DNA of 64,000 nt, taken from the NCBI GenBank assembly GCA_017534115.1, contig JAFWDD010000065.1, positions 2,142 to 66,141 of the forward strand, written 5' to 3'. The translations under genes were made by a program, and so were the position numbers. This document shows, in pieces, positions 55,543 to 64,000 of the stretch. The DNA is from Bacillota bacterium. GTDB taxonomy: Bacteria; Bacillota; Clostridia; Lachnospirales; Anaerotignaceae. How positions within the stretch are numbered: the stretch's first letter is position 1; each line of letters opens with the position of its first letter. The notes beneath the pieces were generated by a model. That model saw only the letters and a program-made list of their open reading frames with translations, searched no databases and was not told where the DNA came from.

Positions 55543-55643
55543 AAATACGTTGCATTTTGTCTATAATAAACTTCTTTACTTAATTACATTATATCTGATT
55601 TTATCTTGATAGTATACTGCTTTTGGTCTATAATAGTATACGT
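55543..55643. repeat. ~100-bp divergent regulatory region, copy 1
   Basis: It aligns with 58886-58985. The core AGTATACTGCTTTTGGTCTATAATAGTATACG differs from its partner at 2 of 32 positions. Confidence 0.8.
55607..55635 (+). promoter_or_regulatory. Sigma-A promoter of the LysR gene, embedded in a GTATAC...GTATAC dyad region
   Basis: TTGATA (55607-55612), 17 nt spacer, TATAAT (55630-55635). GTATAC motifs sit at 55613-55618 and 55637-55642. Confidence 0.6.
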
Positions 55644-55674
55644 ATGATGAATAGTATTTATAGGAGGATCATTT

Positions 55675-56538
55675 ATGATAGAAACATGGCTTCTCGAACA
55701 GTTTACCGCTTTCGCGCGATGCGGCACACTACTTAAAGCATCCGAAAAACTTCACATATCCCAGCCCACTCTTTCAAGATCAATGAAAAAACTGGAAAGC
55801 GAACTAGGAGTCTCCATTTTCCACAGGGAAAACAGCAGGCTTTCCTTAAACGAGGCAGGAAAAGTGGCCGCCGAATACGCCGAAAAAGCTTTGCAGGCCA
55901 ACCAGGATCTTATCGACCATGTAATTTCCTTTGACCGCAGTCTCCGGACAGTAGGCGTCGGCGCCTGCTCTCCCTTTCCCATTAATGAGCTTATGCCCAC
56001 ATTTCAGGAATACCTTCCGGGGAAGACCATCATGACCGAACTTGCTGACGACGAGCACCTTATTACCGGATTGAAAAATCACCAGTATCAGCTTGCTATC
56101 CTTCGCTCTCTCCCCGATGACAGGTCTTTATTCTGCCAGAGGTATATAGATGAACAGCTCTATATTTCCATAACAGAGAATCACCCTCTTGCCGAAAAGG
56201 AGTGTGTCGCATTTGAAGATCTGAAAGATATGCGTATACTGATGTCAGGAAACATCGGCTTTTGGATGTCTGTCTGCAAAAAGCATTTTCCCGAGGAAAG
56301 TCTGCTTATCCAGCGCAACGCGGACGCTCTTTCCGAGCTGATCGAGGCATCGACACTGCCCTTCTTCAACTCCGACAGAATGATAGAATTAGGATACAAA
56401 GTTCCCGGCAGGATATCCATCCCCATCAGCGACGCTGACGCTCACACAACCTACTGGCTGGCATCACTTAAATCCGAACAGAAAAAGTATCGCTCAATTT
56501 TCAATATCGTACGGGGAATAACGCTTAAAAACAGTTAA
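55675..56538 (+). CDS. LysR-family transcriptional regulator
   Basis: The N-terminal HTH reads FTAFARCGTLLKASEKLHISQPTLSRSMKKLESELGVSIFHR. 287 aa. It is divergent from the AKR operon. Confidence 0.9.
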   Translation: MIETWLLEQFTAFARCGTLLKASEKLHISQPTLSRSMKKLESELGVSIFHRENSRLSLNEAGKVAAEYAEKALQANQDLIDHVISFDRSLRTVGVGACSPFPINELMPTFQEYLPGKTIMTELADDEHLITGLKNHQYQLAILRSLPDDRSLFCQRYIDEQLYISITENHPLAEKECVAFEDLKDMRILMSGNIGFWMSVCKKHFPEESLLIQRNADALSELIEASTLPFFNSDRMIELGYKVPGRISIPISDADAHTTYWLASLKSEQKKYRSIFNIVRGITLKNS

Positions 56539-56545
56539 AGAATAT

Positions 56546-56580
56546 AAAAAGGCGTCCGATTTTACTCATAACGCCTTTTA
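56546..56580. terminator. Bidirectional terminator between the LysR gene and the di-flavodoxin gene
   Basis: AAAAAGGCGT-15 nt-ACGCCTTTT, with A/T runs on both sides. Confidence 0.65.
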
Positions 56581-56655
56581 ACTGGTTTTTATTAAAATTT
56601 TTTAAAACTCTCTGCTATTCACACAATTCAAAATACTGCGGTTATATAAATCATA

Positions 56656-58215
56656 TCATTTCAGACCTTTGACCCAGCTCAGAATTTCCCCTTCGGCATT
56701 CTGAATATCGTCCCTCGAAATGCTTAATCCGTCATCGGCAATGTTGGCATTGGGCTGTAATCTTTTTACCGTATTCGGAGTGCCTGCCCAGCCGCTGCCT
56801 CCGTGAGTAGAGAACAGAATCACATTCTTTCCGGACAAATCATTATTTTCAAGGAATGTATACATAATCATAGGCAAATCGCCCCACCATATGGGGTATC
56901 CCAGATAAATTGTGTCATAATCCGAGAGATTGTCTATCCCCTTTAACATCTCCGGTCTCGCGTCATTGTTCTGTTCTTCCTTTGCATAGGCAATCAGCTC
57001 GCTATGGTTGGTTGTATAAGGTGTTTTCGGCTCGATTCTGAAAATATCCGAACCTGTCGCGTCAGCAATAACCTGCGCAAAATACTGCGTGTTGCCAAGA
57101 ACTTTGCCATCTATAACAACAGTACTGTTATCTTCCTCTTCTGTCATATCGTCAGCCTTATCTGTTTCAGGCTGGGAAAAATACACGACCAGAGATTTTG
57201 AAACCGTTTCCCGGTTTTCTTCATTCAGATTCAAACTATCAAGCCAGTTCTTCACAGACTGTCTGGACGCGTCATTTTCAATATCCACGCCTCGAATAGG
57301 CAGACCTTTCAGAACTTTTGCGTTGGGTTCCAGTTCTTTAATCAAATCATAGGTCCCGCCATCGCCACTGCCATGATGCGTGTTAAAGGGAATTATAGTT
57401 ACACCGTCAAAATCATATGTATCAAAGAAAGTACGCATAATCATGGGCAAAGTATACCACCAGATCGGATAACCGATAAATACTGTTTCATACTGAGAAG
57501 GGTCTAAACCCAAATCATTGAATTTCGGTCTTTCGTTGTTGTCCTGCTCGGCCTTTGCATAGTCCGCAAGCTCTTCATACACTTCTGGATATTTCACCGC
57601 CGGCACTATCCTTACCATATCTCCGCCTATTTCATCATGGATATATCCTGCCATTTTTTCAGTATTTCCGCTTTCAGAAAAATAAATTATCAGGGTTTTT
57701 CCGCCGTTTGCCGCATTTTCCGCTGCGGATTCATCTCTATAAACAGTAATGGTTTGTCCGGCGCTGTCCCAATCCACTTTATATCCAAAGGCTTCCATAA
57801 TAAAACGAATGGGAAGCATTGTGCGTTCATTGATAATGGCCGGAGCTGTATCAAGGGTTTGTTCTTCTCCTCCGACAAACGCTTTTTGCGAGCCTATCTC
57901 AAGTGCAACGGGCATATCGTTATAACTTAAAGATACCCTTTGTGTTTCACTTTCCCAATCTACTGTTCCGCCGATTTCTTCCACAATCGCGCGCACCGGA
58001 AGAAGAGTTCTGCTGTTTACTATAACGGGTGTTGTGCCTCTTCCGGGATCTATTTCCTTTTCCGCACCGTTTACCGTCATAACAGGACTGCCGATTGTAA
58101 GAATCAGCGTTTTATCGGATGTCTGTGCTTTTGATTCATTCTCCGCCGCGAATGCGGTTAATGTACCGAATATCATTACAATACACAATACCATTGAAAT
58201 TATTCTTTTTTTCAT
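56656..58215 (-). CDS. Secreted protein: CuAO_N stalk domain plus two flavodoxin-like domains
   Basis: Signal peptide ...GTLTAFA/AE. The CuAO_N pattern is VNGAEKEIDPGRGTTPVIVNSRTLLPVRAIVEEIGG...INERTMLPIRFIMEAFG. Two units carry ...YFSxxGNT / GYPIWW(Y/G)xLPMIM(R/Y)TF...FxTHxGSG. Confidence 0.8.
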   Translation of the reverse strand: MKKRIISMVLCIVMIFGTLTAFAAENESKAQTSDKTLILTIGSPVMTVNGAEKEIDPGRGTTPVIVNSRTLLPVRAIVEEIGGTVDWESETQRVSLSYNDMPVALEIGSQKAFVGGEEQTLDTAPAIINERTMLPIRFIMEAFGYKVDWDSAGQTITVYRDESAAENAANGGKTLIIYFSESGNTEKMAGYIHDEIGGDMVRIVPAVKYPEVYEELADYAKAEQDNNERPKFNDLGLDPSQYETVFIGYPIWWYTLPMIMRTFFDTYDFDGVTIIPFNTHHGSGDGGTYDLIKELEPNAKVLKGLPIRGVDIENDASRQSVKNWLDSLNLNEENRETVSKSLVVYFSQPETDKADDMTEEEDNSTVVIDGKVLGNTQYFAQVIADATGSDIFRIEPKTPYTTNHSELIAYAKEEQNNDARPEMLKGIDNLSDYDTIYLGYPIWWGDLPMIMYTFLENNDLSGKNVILFSTHGGSGWAGTPNTVKRLQPNANIADDGLSISRDDIQNAEGEILSWVKGLK

Positions 58216-58230
58216 GTAAAAACCTCCTTT

Positions 58231-58773
58231 TTACTTTACGGAAAGCCCCATTTCGTACGCCTGACGCATTTCCGGTCTGCCTTTTATTTCACCTGCTTCA
58301 TATACGCCTGTTCCGTATATCACACCCATTTCCTTCGCTCCTTCCACGCAGTCGGCATAACCCCGGAAGCAGGCAAGGGTCGTTTCCTGCGACTCCTTCT
58401 CCTCATCCGCACAAGTAATAATGTAATAAAACTCCTTATCCTTTACCTCCGTCCACCGGGCGACGGTACGGTCTATAAGGGCTTTAAGCTGCGCGTCAAT
58501 GGAATAAAAATACACCGGACTGGAAAGCACGATAATATCCGAATCTATCATCTGCTGAAGAATCTCTGCCATATCATCATTTTTGGCACAGACTCCTCCT
58601 GATTTCACGCAATAGTAACAAGCGCTGCAATAACCGATTTTCTTTTCGGAAACACGTATTTTCGCGACATCATTTCCCGCCTCTTCCGCACCTTTCGCAA
58701 ATTCATCGCACAACAGGTCGGAATTGCCGCCCTTTCGGGGACTTCCGGATAAAACCAAAACTTTTTTGCCCAT
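58231..58773 (-). CDS. Iron-sulfur flavoprotein / NADPH-dependent FMN-reductase-like protein
   Basis: MGKKVLVLSGSPRKGGNS, plus a compact Cys motif CSACYYCVKSGGVC (CX2CX2CX6C). Start at ATG 58773, with AAAGGAG upstream. Confidence 0.75.
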   Translation of the reverse strand: MGKKVLVLSGSPRKGGNSDLLCDEFAKGAEEAGNDVAKIRVSEKKIGYCSACYYCVKSGGVCAKNDDMAEILQQMIDSDIIVLSSPVYFYSIDAQLKALIDRTVARWTEVKDKEFYYIITCADEEKESQETTLACFRGYADCVEGAKEMGVIYGTGVYEAGEIKGRPEMRQAYEMGLSVK

Positions 58774-58885
58774 TTTCACCCACTCCTTTAATAACAATCA
58801 TTTAATACACCTGAAACATCCGCTTTTTTCTCTATCAAACGGATGAAAAACTGCCACTGTACCGGCTGTATAATCTCAACCGCCA

Positions 58886-58985
58886 AAAAATATTGCGTTT
58901 TATCTATAATGATTTTATGTAATTAACTATATTATATTAGATTTTCAACCAGTAGTATACTGCTTTCGGTCTATAATGGTATACG
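58886..58985. repeat. ~100-bp divergent regulatory region, copy 2
   Basis: See 55543-55643. Here no plus-strand gene follows. Confidence 0.8.
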
Positions 58986-59099
58986 CAAAACGAATACTCA
59001 CATAAGATAATTATTAAAAATTTTTGACACAACTATCGCTAAGCACTCATAGCAGGTATTATTTTTGCATGATACTCAACCGGATTATATCCCACAAAT

Positions 59100-59640
59100 C
59101 AACACCACCCGATAAACGGGCGGTTTGCACGCCCCTATAAAGGGCTGTTACTGACCAGCGTCTCAAGGCGCCGGCTTTCACTTTTAGTCCATGCTTTATT
59201 GCATTTTTTCTGTTCAAGCCTTATTGTATTTGACTCGTTGCTGACCTTGAAAGTGCATTTGTACTACTTGCTACCCTTGAAAGGGTCTTCGTATTCTTTA
59301 ACACTTAATTTATCCATTGCAATATCATGGCTCTCTTGTTCTTGTATATATTTTTTGAGCGTTACTTCATTGAGGCCTACCGCACTGACATAGTACCCCT
59401 CTGACCAAAAATGTCTATTGCCAAACTTATATTTCAGATTTGCATGTTTGTAGAATATCATTGACACACTTTTACCTTTGAGATATCTCATGAATTGTGC
59501 TACACTAAGTTTTGGAGGAATACTTACAAGCATATGCACATGATCTATCATCATATGTCCCTCTATTATTTCTACCCCTTTGTATGCACACAATAAAAAA
59601 GCCTCACCATATTCCATTATACCTGGAACAATAGCAAGGC
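59100..59640 (-). mobile_element. IS200/IS605-family remnant (5'-truncated tnpA plus conserved end)
   Basis: The end region 59100-59263 is shared with 28981-29151, including the hairpin CACCCGATAAACGGGCGG. It carries an internal ~30-bp tandem duplication at about 59232-59293. Confidence 0.75.
59264..59617 (-). pseudogene. tnpA: IS200-type Y1 (HUH) transposase TnpA lacking its first ~45 residues
   Basis: KGVEIIEGHMMIDHVHMLVSIPPKLSVAQFMRYLKGKSVSMIFYKHANLKYKFGNRHFWSEGYYVSAVG keeps the HUH motif and the catalytic Tyr region. The conserved N-terminal KYHIVF.PKYRR strand is absent. Confidence 0.75.
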
Positions 59641-59695
59641 TTTAAAATAACTTTATGTAATCATGAACCACTCCCCTACCCTCTGATTTCGGTCA

Positions 59696-59930
59696 GCAGC
59701 CTGACCGCTGTCATAAAGCTTCTTTCACATTTCGCAGTTGGACAAAATCAGCAAAACGCCTGTGTTTCAGAGCTTTCTGACCTTGCTCTTATTTTATCAC
59801 AAACCTCTATCCTGCGTACTATTCCCGTTGCTTTCATCCAATATATCCTCCTTTATTTTTTTGTGTGTTGTTATTGTCTGCAAATAAAGTAAGATTATTC
59901 GTTTTTGGGGAATTTATTGAATGGAAGAAG
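59696..59930 (-). repeat. Composite 'R-S' repeat, copy E (S part truncated)
   Basis: R lies at 59808-59930 and S at 59696-59807. It has the same R/S junction (GGATAG|AGGTTTGTGATAAAAT) as copy D. Confidence 0.8.
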
Positions 59931-60150
59931 ACTGAAGATACTGGAAACAGGCGTTATCTATCCCATGCGCTGCTCCCGCTGCTTTCGGCCGATCATGACT
60001 TAAATATCCACATAATTTATCATATTATGATTTTGGGGCTGATATCCGGTTATTTTAAAGGCAAATAAAATCATACTCAATCATAATGTTGATAAAACAC
60101 AACAGGAATAACGTTCTTGCAGGCAATAATAAATTCGCTTCTTTATTATT

Positions 60151-60183
60151 AAAAGCCCGGAACCCTGTTGCGGATTTCGAGCC
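60151..60183 (-). terminator. Possible terminator of dapL
   Basis: Minus strand: CUCGAAAUCC-GCAACA-GGGUUCCGGG (one mismatch, two G-U pairs), then CUUUU. Confidence 0.35.
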
Positions 60184-60217
60184 TATTTGTAAACAGCATT
60201 TTTCAGTTATAAATACA

Positions 60218-61405
60218 TTACTCCCCCAGCAGTTCCGTAAGTCTCCGCGCCGCTTCCTTTGTGTCTGCAGGGCTTCCGAATGTGGAAAAACGGAAATAGC
60301 CTTTGCCCGCTTCTCCAAAACCTTCTCCTGGTGTGCCAACCACCTGTATCTCATTCAAAAGGTAATCGAAAAAATCCCAGCTGCCCATACCATGGGGACA
60401 TTTAAGCCATATATAGGGAGCGTTTTCTCCGCCCGTGTACCATATTCCCAGCGCATCAAGGGCTTTCATCAGCTCTCTGGCATTGCTTTTGTAAATCTGG
60501 ATATTATCCTTGATCTGCTTCTGTCCTTCGGGAGTGAATACTGCCGCTCCGCCTTTCTGGATTATATAGGATACTCCGTTTGTTTTGGTGGTACGGTTTC
60601 TGACCCACATGGAATTAAAATTCATACCATTTCTTTCCAGCTCTTCAGGGATTATTGTGTATCCCAGTCTTGTTCCCGTAAATCCTGCTGTTTTTGATAA
60701 TGAACATATCTCAATGGCGCAGGTCCTTGCGCCGTCTATCTCAAAAATGCTGTGAGGCAGAGCTTCATCCTCGATAAAAGCCTCATAGGCCGCGTCAAAA
60801 AGTATTATTGAGCCGTTTTTATTTGCGAAATCCACCCATTCCTTAAGCTGAGCTTTATTGAAAACCGCTCCCGTAGGGTTATTGGGAGAACATATATAAA
60901 TAATATCCGCCTCAGTCTCATCATCCGGCAAAGGCAGAAATCCGTTTTCCTCTCCTGATGAAAGATGCACTATTTTCCGTCCTGCTATAACATTGGCATC
61001 TACATAGGCCGGATAAGCCGGCTCAATGACAAGAGCAGAGCTTGATTTATCGAAAAGATCCAGAATATCACCAAGTTCATCACTGGCGCCGCTGGAGATG
61101 AAGACCTCTTCCGTGTCCACATCTATACCCTTGGATTTATAGTAATCCGCAACAGTCTCTTTCAGAAAAGGCGCTCCGCATTCCGGCATATACCCGTGGA
61201 ATGTGTCCTTTTTCGCCTGATCGTCCACAGCATCATGCAGAGATTTTATTACCGCGTCGCAAAGAGGCAGCGACACATCCCCTATTCCCATTCTATATAA
61301 GCGCTTGTCGGGATTCTTTTCGAGATATGCATTTATTTTCTGTGCTATATTATAAAAAAGATATGATTCCTTCAAATCAGCATAATGTAAATTCGGTTTA
61401 ATCAT
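60218..61405 (-). CDS. dapL: LL-diaminopimelate aminotransferase
   Basis: MIKPNLHYADLKESYLFYNIAQKINAY...RMGIGDVSLPL...SPNNPTG...SLSKTAGFTGTRLGY, the class I aminotransferase / DapL pattern. Confidence 0.85.
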   Translation of the reverse strand: MIKPNLHYADLKESYLFYNIAQKINAYLEKNPDKRLYRMGIGDVSLPLCDAVIKSLHDAVDDQAKKDTFHGYMPECGAPFLKETVADYYKSKGIDVDTEEVFISSGASDELGDILDLFDKSSSALVIEPAYPAYVDANVIAGRKIVHLSSGEENGFLPLPDDETEADIIYICSPNNPTGAVFNKAQLKEWVDFANKNGSIILFDAAYEAFIEDEALPHSIFEIDGARTCAIEICSLSKTAGFTGTRLGYTIIPEELERNGMNFNSMWVRNRTTKTNGVSYIIQKGGAAVFTPEGQKQIKDNIQIYKSNARELMKALDALGIWYTGGENAPYIWLKCPHGMGSWDFFDYLLNEIQVVGTPGEGFGEAGKGYFRFSTFGSPADTKEAARRLTELLGE

Positions 61406-62193
61406 TCTATTGTCTCTCCTTCGTAAACAAATTCTGCGGGACCTGTCATTTGAACGCTGTTATCCGGAGAAATCTTTATTTTGAGGATCCCTCCGTCAAG
61501 GATCACGCTGACAAGAGTATTATACAGGCAATAGCTTCCCGCAATGGCCGCCATAACACTGGCGCAGGCTCCTGTACCGCAGGCCATGGTAACGCCGCTT
61601 CCTCTTTCCCAGACCCGCATACGCAGCTTGTCGGGGCTCAGCACCTGAACAAATTCAACGTTCACTCCGCCGGGAAATGCATCGCTGTGTTCGATTTCCG
61701 GACCCATTGTCATTAAAGGCGCTTTTTCTATGTCCTCCACAAAAATGACCGCATGAGGATTTCCGACCGAAACAGGCGTTAATGTTACTTTTTTATCCCC
61801 CACAGATATTTCCGCCGGTTTATCGTATACAGCCTTTCCCATGTCAACTGTTACAGACTTTACCTTTCCTCCCAATATTTCCAAATCGAGAGTTTTGATT
61901 CCGGAAAGGGTCTCCACTGTCAGTCTTTTTTTATCAGTATATCCTTTATCGTAAACATATTTGCCAACACAGCGTATTCCGTTTCCGCACATTTTGGCTT
62001 CGCTTCCGTCCGCGTTGAAGATCCGCATTTTGAAGTCCGCCACATTGGACGGTGATATATAAATCATTCCATCGGAACCGGCTCCGAAATGCCGTTCGGA
62101 AAGCTTTATGGATAAATCGGCGATGTTTTCGGGAACTTCGCCGTACACATACAAATAATCGTTACCGAGACCGTGCATTTTTGTAAATCGCAT
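61402..62193 (-). CDS. dapF: Diaminopimelate epimerase
   Basis: MRFTKMHGLGNDY...MCGNGIRC...ACGTGACA, with both catalytic Cys motifs. Confidence 0.9.
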   Translation of the reverse strand: MRFTKMHGLGNDYLYVYGEVPENIADLSIKLSERHFGAGSDGMIYISPSNVADFKMRIFNADGSEAKMCGNGIRCVGKYVYDKGYTDKKRLTVETLSGIKTLDLEILGGKVKSVTVDMGKAVYDKPAEISVGDKKVTLTPVSVGNPHAVIFVEDIEKAPLMTMGPEIEHSDAFPGGVNVEFVQVLSPDKLRMRVWERGSGVTMACGTGACASVMAAIAGSYCLYNTLVSVILDGGILKIKISPDNSVQMTGPAEFVYEGETIE

Positions 62194-63861
<1,668 letters not shown>

Positions 63862-64000
63862 TTATATATTTTCCAAAAGACGCTTCATGACCTCGCCGTA
63901 AGCCTCTTTAACTCCTCCCAGATCCCGGCGGAACCTGTCCTTATCCAGCTTCATTCCCGTTTCGCTGTCCCACAGCCTGGATGTATCAGGGCTTATTTCA
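63862..64000 (-). CDS. 3' end of an unidentified gene (partial, runs off the window)
   Basis: The frame is open to the window edge and ends ...[24 protein letters not shown]-stop. It is too short to assign. Confidence 0.3.
   Translation of the reverse strand, partial: EISPDTSRLWDSETGMKLDKDRFRRDLGGVKEAYGEVMKRLLENI

Noticed and set aside
60086-60697. 203-aa plus-strand ORF and 60055-60354 minus-strand ORF
   Set aside because: They overlap the 3' part of dapL in other frames or on the other strand. dapL has the aminotransferase motifs.

Overview
This 64-kb segment comes from a low-GC Gram-positive chromosome. I infer a Clostridia-like organism from the T-box trp operon, the sortases, the copper-amine-oxidase-N 'stalk' domains and a SpoVT/AbrB fragment. 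Core operons alternate with accessory blocks, and decayed mobile-element repeats sit at the junctions.

Layout, left to right:
1. 3-3151: an EamA permease plus a LexA-like repressor and Y-family polymerase cassette.
2. 3383-28399: an accessory block of about 25 kb that looks AT-richer and is bracketed by 92-bp direct repeats. It holds:
   - an AAA_14/DUF4143-type ATPase;
   - a sortase-pilus operon: signal peptidase I, a 1369-aa LPETG protein with a Cys/His repeat array and a CHAP domain, a major pilin, a class C sortase, a CnaB minor pilin, a second sortase, an AP2-like regulator and HU;
   - a second locus with a class B sortase, whose substrate carries its sorting signal in the middle of the ORF;
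   - a defence-type cluster: a TIR protein, a decayed DUF3800 gene, a 936-aa HD+GHKL ATPase, a SIR2-TPR protein and a decayed Mrr_N-like fragment.
3. 28981-29283: an IS200/IS605 remnant.
4. 29401-36209: the trpEGDCFBA operon, controlled by a Trp T-box.
5. 36436-47329: two giant beta-helix surface proteins (2010 and 1385 aa). They share a 3' cassette of about 0.8 kb and GTTAG-N6-CTAAC palindromes upstream. One carries an FMN_bind domain.
6. 48402-58773: a LysR-associated cluster of lipoprotein alpha/beta-hydrolases, exported flavodoxin-like proteins, an AKR, an SDR and an Fe-S flavoprotein.
7. 59100-59930: a second IS200 remnant with composite repeats.
8. 60218-63822: dapL-dapF-pyrG.

I saw no rRNA, tRNA or CRISPR array. 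The best candidates for something undescribed are:
- the divergent HD-GHKL / SIR2-TPR gene pair, with the TIR module nearby;
- the mid-ORF sorting signal;
- the set of exported FMN_bind and flavodoxin-like proteins that share one anchor domain;
- the dispersed composite repeats.

All domain calls come from reading motifs by eye, not from database searches.
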